A program made the position numbers and the translations under genes. Below, piece by piece: positions 52,526 through 61,728 of a stretch of DNA of 64,000 nucleotides. The DNA is from Naegleria gruberi (lineage: Eukaryota). The DNA is taken from the NCBI GenBank assembly GCA_000004985.1, contig GG738907.1; one strand, 5' to 3'. The notes under the pieces were generated by a model. It was given only the letters and a program-made list of their open reading frames with translations. It was not told where the DNA came from and did not search any database. Positions within the stretch are counted from its first letter, which is position 1. Every line of letters begins with the position of its first letter.

Positions 52526-53042
52526 TTTTTTTGGATTTATTGTTAAGAATGAACTTTGAATCTCCACTTGGAAATGTACTTTGTAAATTGTTTAATGTAG
52601 TTGTATTACAAAATTGTAATCAACCTTAAAGAATATTAATGCATTCTTGTAAACTATTACAGATCCAGGAAAATCAGTGATTGGATCACTTCAACGTTAA
52701 CAACCCTTCACTCATCACTGTTTGTTATCTCCTTTCCATTTTGTTCGTCTTTTTCTTGACTGAAGACAAGTCCAACGTTATTTTCAGAGTTGATGAGTTT
52801 CAACCTTATCATCCTCTTATTGATCATAATCGTCATCTTCTTTGCAACAGTAAATAATTTAAACTTTCAATGCTTTTCTCACAACAACAACACTCTCCAA
52901 TATATTTTCAATGAACAAGTGGCGCCAATTCCAAGCTAACTAAAATTCCCTTCTTCTTCTTCATGCTAACGAAAACGATAACAATTCGCTCACCACCATC
53001 TAGGTTCAGTTATTTGGCAGCTTGAAAAAATAATACAAAAAA

Positions 53043-53289
53043 ATGGGCAATCAACCTGGCAAAAATAAGCAATATAGAAAGAATGAGTTGAAGAAACTCG
53101 TAGAGATCACCCACTTTGATATGGATGAAATCATGAAGCTTTATGAACAATTTATTTCTATTTCATCCTCTCGTGAAGATGATGGTGTGATAGATAAAAA
53201 TGAATTTAAGGAAGCTCTTGGCTTGAAGGATTCTCTTTTCGTTGATAGAATGTTCTCCTTGTTTGATGGTGATAATGATGGTACTATTG
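53043..53289 (+). CDS. calcineurin-B / CHP-like EF-hand protein, exon 1
   Basis: MGNQPGK (Gly2, an N-myristoylation-type start), then ...FKEALGLKDSLFVDRMFSLFDGDNDGTIG (EF-hand loop DGDNDGTI). Donor G|GTATGT at 53290. Confidence 0.8.
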
Positions 53290-53396
53290 GTATGTAAATT
53301 ATTGTATAGTAACGAATTAATCATAGGCTAATTAATACAATAATAATAATATTATTTTATTCGTGATGATGAACTTGCAATAACCGAAAATTGTAG

Positions 53397-53641
53397 ATGT
53401 AAGAGAATTCATTTGTGGATTGTCTGTATTTTGCGAAAAGGGAACCATTGATGAAAAACTCAAGTTCTCTTTCAGAATTTATGATTTTGATAAAGATGGT
53501 TGTATTAGCAAGGAAGAATTGTACAAACTTTTAGAAGCTTCACTCGTTGAAAACTCACTAGGTATTCCACAAGAACAATTATCATCATTGGTTGATGCTA
53601 CTTTTGCTGAAGCTGATACAGACGGAGATGGCAAAATATCT
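53397..53641 (+). CDS. calcineurin-B / CHP-like EF-hand protein, exon 2
   Basis: Acceptor ..ttgtag. Encodes DVREFICGLSVF...LKFSFRIYDFDKDGCISKEEL...ADTDGDGKIS, two more EF-hand loops. Donor TCT|GTAAGT at 53642. Confidence 0.8.
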
Positions 53642-53716
53642 GTAAGTTGTTTTAATTAGAGATTTCATGTATCTAATCTACTTGTTTAAACAATTCAACA
53701 ACAACAACAATAATAG

Positions 53717-53797
53717 TTTGAGGAATATCGTGTACTTGTTACTAAACATCCAACTATGATCGGAAATATGACTATCAATACCTCAATTAAGAAGTAA
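53717..53797 (+). CDS. calcineurin-B / CHP-like EF-hand protein, exon 3
   Basis: Acceptor ..taatag. Encodes FEEYRVLVTKHPTMIGNMTINTSIKK*. The three exons sum to 573 nt (190 aa), matching the CHP/CNB size. Confidence 0.75.
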   Translation, partial: FEEYRVLVTKHPTMIGNMTINTSIKK

Positions 53798-53817
53798 ACC
53801 AAATTGTAATTTTTAAT

Positions 53818-55515
53818 TCATTCTTCAAGCTTGGGGAATTTCATTTCCCTTATCATTTGAAACATCAAATCTCTATAAACTTCTCCTTTTCTAATAGTAG
53901 ATTTGTAAGAAAACATCCAGACGTGGTGTTTTTTCTCACTTCTCTGATCATCAACTCTATGAATTATAACAACTAATTCATACATTACACTCTCCAAAGA
54001 GACGGAATGTGCAACCTGTAGCCAATTTACGTGAATGGTTTTTGTATCCTTCTTGATTGCAACAACTTCTGGAATTGTTTCGTCAGTATCTTCTTGATTA
54101 CTGTTGCTAGTACTTGTTGATAGTGTATTATTTTGTAAATCGAATGATCTCAAATCGCTAATAATCTCAACATTCTGATCCATAATCAGACTTTTAACAT
54201 ACTGGGCAACATCGTGTTCAGACATTTCGCTCGGGGTATTTTCAGGTGACAATAATTGAGATATCTCAAATCGGTCAATGTGAACATCATTTGGGTCGGT
54301 CGATGTACTTGATTTGAATTCTAATGGACTTGTAAAAACAATGGAATCACTTGTCTTATTTTCTTGCCATCCAAATGGAACTCTTAACCACAAATATTCA
54401 AATAGATCACTGTAGAGAACATTTAACATTTCAAATCCTTGCACAAACTCTGAATTGGTTACAATTTGATGAGCTATGGATTGATTCTTCAATGCACAAT
54501 TTGAAATATATCTTACAACAATTGCACTCGAACTACCAATATCCACAACACAAACATATTGAAATAGAGTATTTCCAGATTCAACATATTGAAATAGGAA
54601 TGTATAATAGTAATATCCCAATTTTGTAGAACTTTCTAATGGAATATCAGTGAAATTCTTATACTTGCTCATACTATTCACATAAACTTCTCTCTGATCA
54701 GCCAACCCAACTTCCAACTCAATCTTTAAACAATCTAATCGATGTTCTGGATCATAAATTTCAGTTGGTGATCGACACAACACTCTCATCTCATCTATTT
54801 TTTCTAATCTCCATCCAATTGGATAAAACAAATTTCCAATATATTTAATTCTTTCACTTTTTTGAAAATTAGTTTTAGAAATTACAGTTGAATGAACACT
54901 TTCTAATCCATCAATGTTTTGAAATGTAGTATTGTTATTATTATTCATATGAATGTTATTAATTTTAGAATTCTTTTCATCTTGTGAATGAAAAGCTTCA
55001 ACTAATTCTTCATTTGGATAATCACAAAGTGTTGAAAATTTCATTTGAACCACTAAATTTAATTCTCCATGTTGTACATTTTCCAATTTTAGATTAAATT
55101 TTCCATTATCAGAATTTAAAACATCAATAATTGAAAGTTTACAATTTCCACAAAAATCATCTTTGAAAAAATCTTTATCCCAAACTTGAATTTCAATAAA
55201 ATCCAATTTATCCTTATTAATACAATGAATATTTTCATTATTTGGTGTTGAAATTGTAATATTTTGTAATTTTGCTAAATTATTTGGCATTTTGTAATGT
55301 GATTTTTTCACTTGTAAATTAAATTCATCTCCCAAATGACCAATATTATACGCACAAGGTAATAATTGTTTTTGTAAAGTATTAATAGTATTATTGTAAT
55401 GATTATTTAATTGTGCATCAAGTATCCACATGAAAGTTTCATCATATTTCGGATTTAGATTTTTAAATTTAATGCTCGACATTAAAGATATTCCTCCATA
55501 ACTAATAATTACATA
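53818..55515 (-). CDS. C2-domain protein, exon 2 (rest of C2 plus a long C-terminal region)
   Basis: After a 47-nt intron (acceptor ..aaatgtag) the reading continues YVIISYGGISLMSSIKFKNLNPKYDETFMW (C2 consensus DPYV..K..T.....NP.W.E.F.F). The exon is exactly 1698 nt, in frame to the stop. Confidence 0.75.
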   Translation of the reverse strand, partial: YVIISYGGISLMSSIKFKNLNPKYDETFMWILDAQLNNHYNNTINTLQKQLLPCAYNIGHLGDEFNLQVKKSHYKMPNNLAKLQNITISTPNNENIHCINKDKLDFIEIQVWDKDFFKDDFCGNCKLSIIDVLNSDNGKFNLKLENVQHGELNLVVQMKFSTLCDYPNEELVEAFHSQDEKNSKINNIHMNNNNNTTFQNIDGLESVHSTVISKTNFQKSERIKYIGNLFYPIGWRLEKIDEMRVLCRSPTEIYDPEHRLDCLKIELEVGLADQREVYVNSMSKYKNFTDIPLESSTKLGYYYYTFLFQYVESGNTLFQYVCVVDIGSSSAIVVRYISNCALKNQSIAHQIVTNSEFVQGFEMLNVLYSDLFEYLWLRVPFGWQENKTSDSIVFTSPLEFKSSTSTDPNDVHIDRFEISQLLSPENTPSEMSEHDVAQYVKSLIMDQNVEIISDLRSFDLQNNTLSTSTSNSNQEDTDETIPEVVAIKKDTKTIHVNWLQVAHSVSLESVMYELVVIIHRVDDQRSEKKHHVWMFSYKSTIRKGEVYRDLMFQMIREMKFPKLEE

Positions 55516-55562
55516 CTACATTTAAATAGTTAAATAATTTAAATATTTTGTAAAAAACTTAC

Positions 55563-55748
55563 AGGATCACTGAGTCCATTTTCATCCATCGGAATAATAT
55601 TTGAACCATGTTTTAATTTAACAACTAATCTATCATAATGTTCAACATTTAATTGTACTTTTTGATGTTTTGACATTTTTTTGATTTTTTTAGACAGTTG
55701 ACTTTCAAATCCAACATTATTGATTGTTACTCTCCCAAAAAGATCCAT
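55563..55748 (-). CDS. C2-domain protein, exon 1
   Basis: ATG at 55748. Encodes MDLFGRVTINNVGFESQLS...LVVKLKHGSNIIPMDENGLSDP, the C2 beta1-beta2 region with a GLSDP|YV core. Donor CCT|GTAAGT. Confidence 0.75.
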
Positions 55749-55770
55749 TTTCAAGAATTATTTATAAAGT

Positions 55771-56901
55771 TTACAATAAAACAATCAAACAAATAATCAT
55801 TACAATAACCATCAATGATTGCATAATATTACAATTTGCCAAACTTGCAATTCTCCACTTTTCATCTAAAACCCATTGATTCATTCCATTCATTGAACTT
55901 CTCATTGCAACTGTCAAATTTCCAAATGCCCAAGTTTTCCAACTGTCATCTTGAGGATAGAAATATTCACCAACTTTTGAATTAACAAATGGACAAAATT
56001 GTGCACTTCTATCTGGTAAATTTTGATAAAATCTACAATTCAATTGCATTAAAAAGTAATTTTGATAGGCATCTTGTGGAAATGTTCCAATTTCCCATGC
56101 AGTTGGAACGATGGTTAAATTGGCCTCACTTCCACTCATTAAGGCATGATCCTTAATGAAATGACCAAAGTATTTACCACTTGGGAATGGAAATAAATTG
56201 TCGTGAATGTATTCATTCTTGAGGAGGTATTGCTTAGCGAAGGGGATCCATTCAGGATCGAACATGGCATACACATTTCCATACTCGCCAACAGCACTGT
56301 GCAAGTCAATATATAAAACCTTTCTACTCTTGGTATATTCGGAGGAGTAACCCTTCAAGAGTTGATTCAAAATGATTTTGACTTGCTTGGCAGTCCATTC
56401 TTCAGTGGTTCCTGCGTAGGCAATTCCAATTTGTCTGTGAATTTGTCCAATGACTGATGATTGTGTGAATGCTGGAAGACCGACCTTTGCCAATAGAGTG
56501 TAAAAGTAGTTGACTGCTTGTGCTTGAACTGTGTCCAAGTGAAGATGTGAAATATTCATACCATCAATGAATTGTTCCAATAAAACGTTCTTTGAAATTT
56601 CCCAACCAGGTGCATCAATGTAATGTTCATTCAGATTCTTCAACATGTCGACATTGTTTTCATTTTCCTTTGTTGCATAACTGGCTCCGTATGGATTTAA
56701 CATGTGAATGTGAACAGGATAGGTGTTATCAGGAAGATTGAATTGATACTTGGTGTCGTTCTTAATCATGGCAATTTGAATTGGACTACCAACAAATCCC
56801 TCTTGTCCATGGACACCAGAGAATGTTAGGAAAACATTGGATTCAGCCTTATTCTTCAACATGTTGGCACGTTCTTCATGGAAGCATGCAGACATGTACA
56901 A
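55771..56901 (-). CDS. M14-like zinc-carboxypeptidase-fold (AstE/AspA / DUF2817-like) secreted or GPI-anchored protein, main segment
   Basis: Contains an HxxE motif (FSGVHGQEGFVGS) and a later IDLHS His. The C-terminus is hydrophobic (LMVIVMIICLIVLL). C-ending codon bias. The ORF-track M is a TTG; the frame is open upstream to about 57020. Confidence 0.6.
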   Translation of the reverse strand: MYMSACFHEERANMLKNKAESNVFLTFSGVHGQEGFVGSPIQIAMIKNDTKYQFNLPDNTYPVHIHMLNPYGASYATKENENNVDMLKNLNEHYIDAPGWEISKNVLLEQFIDGMNISHLHLDTVQAQAVNYFYTLLAKVGLPAFTQSSVIGQIHRQIGIAYAGTTEEWTAKQVKIILNQLLKGYSSEYTKSRKVLYIDLHSAVGEYGNVYAMFDPEWIPFAKQYLLKNEYIHDNLFPFPSGKYFGHFIKDHALMSGSEANLTIVPTAWEIGTFPQDAYQNYFLMQLNCRFYQNLPDRSAQFCPFVNSKVGEYFYPQDDSWKTWAFGNLTVAMRSSMNGMNQWVLDEKWRIASLANCNIMQSLMVIVMIICLIVLL

Positions 56902-57152
56902 TTTTTCATTATTAAGACCAAGAATGGAAGGAAGCTCATACTCTGAATACTTGTAACCACTTGTTGCTTGACAAACTTGTTTAAACTTTTGATCGGCTTC
57001 AACATAGTTCGATGAAAAGTAGTCGAGTTAATAAGTTTGGCTGTTGTTACTAATGACAACATGATGGTCATAGCCATGAGAAAGGCCATGCATGCAGTAA
57101 AAGTTGTAGCTGAAACTAACTTGTTAGTGATGATACCTCTTGAGAAGGACAT
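56856..57152 (-). CDS. same gene, N-terminal signal-peptide segment
   Basis: ATG at 57152 in aaaaaaacATG context. Encodes MSFSRGIITNKLVSATTFTACMAFLMAMTIMLSL..., a signal-peptide-like segment. It joins the main segment either by a candidate 65-nt intron (GTAACA..AAAAG) or by a frameshift. Confidence 0.45.
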   Translation of the reverse strand: MSFSRGIITNKLVSATTFTACMAFLMAMTIMLSLVTTAKLINSTTFHRTMLKPIKSLNKFVKQQVVTSIQSMSFLPFLVLIMKNCTCLHASMKNVPTC

Positions 57153-57735
57153 GTTTTTTTCTTCAATGAAAAATATCATTGCAGGCCCAGTTGAGCTTTT
57201 TAAATGTTTATCATGGCTGTTTTAAGACTGTACTAACTCTTTGCTGTAGTGTTGATGTATTACAGTTCCCTTTGTAAAAAAGGATGAATGGTCATTGAAG
57301 ATAACATGCTTAATTGGAAGGTGTTACTTTTCATCTAATTGAACTTGGAACTCTATATCTTACTACACACTTATTGAGGCAAATGATGAATTTGGTAGAA
57401 ATTACAAATTGCCAGTAAAGGAACATAATTCCCTTTCGTTGGTATGTCTCTAATTTCACCACCTCCATCTTTCTCCTCAAGAGAAAGAGAGCAAACTTAA
57501 TTAGCTTTCATCAATTCCGATTTTTATCATCATAGGAACAATGTTCAAACTGTTCAGGTATCATAATGGCTTTTTCTTTTTGTGGTTAAAGATTTCAAAA
57601 TGTCCATTCCTCAAAGAATTGACTCAACGAAGTTTTTATTCAAATACATATTTAATCCATTATTATTATGATTGATTCATTGATTGGTTGTTGATTCATA
57701 CATATTGAATCATTTTCAGCATCTAATTGAATCAA

Positions 57736-58260
57736 TTAGAAACAATTAGTCAATACTTTAATATCTTGAGCAGCATCTGGTTGAGAACCATCATTGGCCT
57801 CTCTCATCAACTCTGGTAAATTACCAACAATTGTAACATGTAATTCATCACCTTTAACAGCATATTCATTCAAATTACAACCATTGCTTTGAGTAGATGA
57901 TGGATCATGTTTAATGTGGAGAATCATCTTTTTCAATTCCATAAAAGCTTCCTTACAATCTGGATCTTTACAGAATTGAACTGGTAAATCTTCACACAAA
58001 TAGGTAATTCTTCTAGAGAATTTCAAATAGAGAATGACATTCTCTTTGGCACTCAATTCTTCTCTTCTGGCTTTCCATTTGAGATCTTCTGGAAGAGATA
58101 GAATTGATTCCCAATCAATAAGAAGGATCATGTTTGGATTGACCTTTTGCAATTCTTTAATCTTGTCAGTAATCTTGTAACTGAACAAATCACGAGCTAA
58201 TTTCTTGAAAGCCAAACCACCATTCTTTGGCAAGAATTCTTCTTCATAATTTACCAACAT
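57736..58260 (-). CDS. hypothetical 174-aa protein
   Basis: ATG at 58260 in aaaaaaATG context. Complex sequence (…ILLIDWESILSLPEDLKWKARREEL...CEDLPVQFCKDPDCKEAFMELKKMILHIKHDP...). I recognise no family. Confidence 0.5.
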   Translation of the reverse strand: MLVNYEEEFLPKNGGLAFKKLARDLFSYKITDKIKELQKVNPNMILLIDWESILSLPEDLKWKARREELSAKENVILYLKFSRRITYLCEDLPVQFCKDPDCKEAFMELKKMILHIKHDPSSTQSNGCNLNEYAVKGDELHVTIVGNLPELMREANDGSQPDAAQDIKVLTNCF

Positions 58261-58590
58261 TTTTTAAACTTGTTTTTTAATTGTTGTAAAGTGAGCAGAC
58301 TGAATGCTGTCAATATTTAAACTGTTTTAACCTCCGCATGTTTAACATTTATCCATGTGTGTTGATTGAATGGTTGTTGGTTTTTCCATTGGATTTTGGA
58401 AAGGGATAATTATTGGAATCGGCTAAAGTTGGAGTCCACCCTTGACTTGATTACTAATGGGAAAATCATGGATTTGTCCATTCTGGGAAGTTGATATGCT
58501 AAGGTTGACTAGAATTTAAACAATTCATTTCGAAATGCATACTTACATTTCATTACAATTGAATTACAAATACATGGAAATTATACAATG

Positions 58591-59046
58591 CTATAATAAA
58601 CAATTTTTGGATTGTTTCATTCTTTTCTTCATTTGCTTTTTAGAAATTTCAATAAATTTAGAGTCATATTTTACAATCTCTTTTAAGAGAGTTAGATTAT
58701 CATTAGATCCATATCTATTTCGTCTTACACATTCTTCAAATAGCAATTTAGTATTTTCTCCTGTTTTGGCACTGGATGTAAAAATTGCAGTATTTTTCAA
58801 TTGATTTCTTTCAATAATCGAATTAATCAAATTTGTATATTTCTCAATCACTTGCTCTCTATTCGAATCGTTCAATAAATCAACCTTATTTAATGCAAAT
58901 ATAACTGGAAAATAATTAATTTCCCTACACTTCAATTTAATTACTTGTTCCACCACCCTTTCTGATTGTTCCACTGTCTTTTCATCCACAACATCACAAA
59001 CATTAATAAACGTATCTCCTGATCTCATGTAATAATCTGTCATTGC
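58591..59046 (-). CDS. Ras-family small GTPase, exon 3
   Basis: After a 47-nt intron it encodes AMTDYYMRSGDTFINV...ALNKVDL...TSAKTG... (G4 NKxD, G5 SAK). Exon lengths sum to 1005 nt (334 aa). Confidence 0.8.
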   Translation of the reverse strand, partial: AMTDYYMRSGDTFINVCDVVDEKTVEQSERVVEQVIKLKCREINYFPVIFALNKVDLLNDSNREQVIEKYTNLINSIIERNQLKNTAIFTSSAKTGENTKLLFEECVRRNRYGSNDNLTLLKEIVKYDSKFIEISKKQMKKRMKQSKNCLL

Positions 59047-59093
59047 CTTAATAAGTAATATTAATAAACACATTTAGAATTTAAAACACGTAC

Positions 59094-59245
59094 AGAATAA
59101 TCTTCAATGCCAGCAGGATCTATCACATCTATCATGACAGGTAAATTATCAACTTGTAATAGTTTTCTATATGGTTCATCTGTAGTTGGATCGTAGAATT
59201 CTATAAAATGTCCATGGAAGCAATTGATTGTAATGGAAGATTTAC
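59094..59245 (-). CDS. Ras-family small GTPase, exon 2
   Basis: After a 51-nt intron it encodes (G)KSSITINCFHGHFIEFYDPTTDEPYRKLLQVDNLPVMIDVIDPAGIEDYS (P-loop completion, switch I YDPTxxxxYRK, G3 DxxG). Donor TCT|GTACGT. Confidence 0.8.
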
Positions 59246-59296
59246 CTGTTCCCAATGTAGAGATGAGTATTAATTTCAAATATTATTAATACTAAC

Positions 59297-59693
59297 CTAC
59301 TCCTCCTGCTCCAATCATTACTATCTTTGTTTCTTCAACTTTATTCCAAGGTTGTTTGCAAATATTGAATTTGATGAAAATAGCAATCAATACTTTTCTC
59401 TTCAATTCTCCCTTTACAATTTCATCTTTCAATAAGCTAAATTCATTTTCCAATAGTGGATTATATCCAATACAAGTTTCCCATACTTTCCACCAAAATT
59501 TGTCGAAATAAATAGTCATCTCTGGCATGGAAGAAATTTTCCTATTTAATGATTGAAAATTGAGAATAAATTTAATATGTATTTTAATTTCTTGTGATCG
59601 TTGCTGAATGGACAAAAGATTCGTTCCGAATTCTAAAATATGTTGAAGAATTTCAGAGGGAAGTGATAAAAATTGAGTTGAGCAGTTTTGCAT
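59297..59693 (-). CDS. Ras-family small GTPase with about 125-aa N-terminal extension, exon 1
   Basis: ATG at 59693 in aaaaaaaATG context. Ends ...KIVMIGAGGVG. Donor G|GTTAGT. Confidence 0.8.
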
Positions 59694-59819
59694 TTTTTTT
59701 CAAATTTTCAAAAAAAATAGTTTTTTGAGTTGGTTGGGGAAGTGAGGTGTATTGGAATAATGTTTGAAAATTGAAAATAATGATTTGGGTAGATAATTAT
59801 TAATAAAATTAAAATAACA

Positions 59820-59890
59820 GGGGGCGAGGGGGAATCGAACCCCCGGCCACAGCTTTGGAGGCTGCGATGTTACCATTACACCACCGCCCC
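59820..59890 (-). tRNA. tRNA-Trp (anticodon CCA)
   Basis: Minus strand GGGGCGGTGGTGTAATGGTAACATCGCAGCCTCCAAAGCTGTGGCCGGGGGTTCGATTCCCCCTCGCCCCC. The acceptor stem is 7 bp with one G-U pair. A-box TGGTGTAATGG, B-box GGTTCGATTCC. Anticodon stem GCAGC/GCTGT with loop CTCCAAA, giving anticodon CCA. It is followed by TGTT. Confidence 0.85.
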
Positions 59891-60259
59891 TGTTGAAATA
59901 ATTTATTATTTTCCATCATTCACAATATCTTAAAATAACGTCTATTTTACATTTCACTTGCTTTTTGAGATTTGTTTCAAACTCTTGCACTACAATATTT
60001 TTCTGCCACTTTCTTATTAAACGACTTGAGGGGGCGCTGTGCTTATTTTCCAGCCAAAATTTTTGTAATGATGAGCCATACTGTTGTTGTCGTTTGGTGG
60101 GATGAAATATTGTGGTGGATCTATTATATCCAAGTTTACTTAAAAAAAATGGAAGAACCAGCAACAACACTCACTATGATTGATCTTCATCCAATCTCTC
60201 CGAATTTATTTACAAAATTGAAAGAAAAATTTAAATCACCTTCTCTTGTGGAATTTTCC

Positions 60260-60330
60260 CATACAAATTGATGCAATTTCTAATAGTTCCCATATGTTCT
60301 CATACAAATTGATGCAATTTCTAATAGTTC
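60260..60330. repeat. 30-bp perfect direct repeat (catacaaattgatgcaatttctaatagttc) in two copies 11 bp apart, immediately upstream of the 60338 ATG
   Basis: The copies are at 60260..60289 and 60301..60330. The spacer is ccatatgttct. Confidence 0.9.
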
Positions 60331-60337
60331 TTTTAAT

Positions 60338-61072
60338 ATGGCAATTTGTAGGGAATTTAATTATTTAGTTACTGGTTCTCATGACTCTTTAGAAATCTAT
60401 GATTTGATCACTCATCAACCAATTCAAGAAACAATTCATTTTAGTGAAGGAATTTATGGAATTGATTTTGAAAGGGAAAATTCAGGACAGTGGAACTTGA
60501 TACTCTCCACCTGGAATAATTATTTTGTAAAATATGATTTCAATAGAATATTGAGTGAAAAGAGTTTTGGTGAACCAATTTTTAAAGTTCCAATTAAATT
60601 TGCTTGGGCTGTCAGATGTTTTAAAACTGAACTTTATGTCATTGATTATGATTCAAAAATATTTGTATTCGATTTGAAATCAGGCTTAGAAAAAACAGAG
60701 ATTACTGTTGGATTGGAAGATGAAATGGTGGATATGGTTTTCACACCAGAAGAGGAAATGATTGTTTGTGGAAGTAATCAGTGGCACATTCTCAAATTTA
60801 ATGAAAATTCTTCTTGTTGGGAAAAGATTAAAAGCTATTCGAATGAAAATGGACCAGTGAGAATTAATAGATGTTTTGGTGTTTGGTATGAAAGAAAGAC
60901 GAAACTAATTTATTTGACCGATAATGGGGGCAAAATATTCATATTCGATAGAGAACTCAATCTTGTGAAGGAAATCAAAGTATCTGGACTCTATGAGATT
61001 GTAATTAATGAACAGAATGGAGAAATGTTCGTTTGTGATAAAGATAAAAATCAACTAATCATTTACAAATAA
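60338..61072 (+). CDS. WD40-like beta-propeller repeat protein (hypothetical)
   Basis: ATG at 60338. 244-codon ORF beginning EFNYLVTGSHDSLEIYDL (a WD-type GSHD..I..YD). A 40-codon ATG ORF upstream at 60150..60271 (MEEPATTLTMIDLHPISPNLFTKLKEKF...) could be a 5' exon. Confidence 0.6.
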   Translation: MAICREFNYLVTGSHDSLEIYDLITHQPIQETIHFSEGIYGIDFERENSGQWNLILSTWNNYFVKYDFNRILSEKSFGEPIFKVPIKFAWAVRCFKTELYVIDYDSKIFVFDLKSGLEKTEITVGLEDEMVDMVFTPEEEMIVCGSNQWHILKFNENSSCWEKIKSYSNENGPVRINRCFGVWYERKTKLIYLTDNGGKIFIFDRELNLVKEIKVSGLYEIVINEQNGEMFVCDKDKNQLIIYK

Positions 61073-61264
61073 CACTTAACAATCCTCTGATAGAAGCTTA
61101 GATAATGCTAGGAGTTGTTTCTCAACAAGATAGTTCAGAGTAACCAGAAGAAAATCAAACCAGAGAATGATCTTAACAGACCTTAATACTTGATATTATT
61201 TAACTGCTTCTAAAAAATGTCCACTTGTGCACTGCATTAAATATGATATTGTGAATAAATGAAT

Positions 61265-61327
61265 AAGTTCAACAGGGGCGGTGGTGTAATGGTAACATCC
61301 AAAGCTGTGGCCGGGGGTTCGATTCCC
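61265..61327 (+). pseudogene. tRNA-Trp(CCA)-derived locus with an 8-nt internal deletion (probable tRNA pseudogene), inverted relative to the 59.8-kb copy
   Basis: Identical to the minus-strand tRNA-Trp except that GCAGCCTC is missing. That sequence is the 5' half of the anticodon stem plus two loop nt. The result is a 63-nt sequence that cannot form a cloverleaf. The 3' flank CTGTTATTTTAATTTTA and the 5' flank TTCAACA are shared with the other copy. Confidence 0.6.
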
Positions 61328-61429
61328 CCTCGCCCCCTGTTATTTTAATTTTACTCACTTAACTTTTAATGGAACAACTCGGCTTTTCAGTCTTGCAAAT
61401 AGGAACTTTCGGAATTAAAATTAAAAAAA

Positions 61430-61533
61430 ATGATCAGAAAGTGGGAATTGAATGATGGCAGGATTATGCAAATTGAACAAGATTTGGACATTGTAAATAA
61501 AGAATTCGGAGCCATTGTATGGGATTGTGCATT
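61430..61533 (+). CDS. METTL21/FAM86-type protein-lysine methyltransferase, exon 1
   Basis: ATG at 61430 in aaaaaaaaATG context. Encodes MIRKWELNDGRIMQIEQDLDIVNKEFGAIVWDCA(L). Donor TT|GTATGT at 61534 after a split codon. Confidence 0.8.
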
Positions 61534-61613
61534 GTATGTAAATGATGATCAATGTAAAATTGACCTTTTCCAATATAACTATATTTTGATCAATTATTTG
61601 AAAATACAAAAAG

Positions 61614-61684
61614 GGTATTGTCTAAATATTTGGAAAATGAAAAAGTATTTCCGAAAGGCTTTTTTAAAGGAAAAACAATTTTAG
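61614..61684 (+). CDS. METTL21-type methyltransferase, exon 2
   Basis: After an 80-nt intron (acceptor ..caaaaag) it encodes (L)VLSKYLENEKVFPKGFFKGKTIL, the canonical VWDxAxVLxxYLE...F.GK.VLELG block. Donor G|GTAAAT. Confidence 0.8.
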
Positions 61685-61728
61685 GTAAATAATATCTGAT
61701 TTGTTTAAGAATAATTAAAAATCAAAAG

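Noticed and set aside
55771-56901. Horizontal gene transfer suspicion for the GC-richer genes (M14-like, eIF6, coiled-coil gene, ELP2)
   Set aside because: The elevated GC comes from C-ending synonymous codons (aac, gac, acc, ttc, atc, ggt), the known preferred set of highly expressed dictyostelid genes. Introns and aaaaATG starts are native. There is no flanking mobile element.
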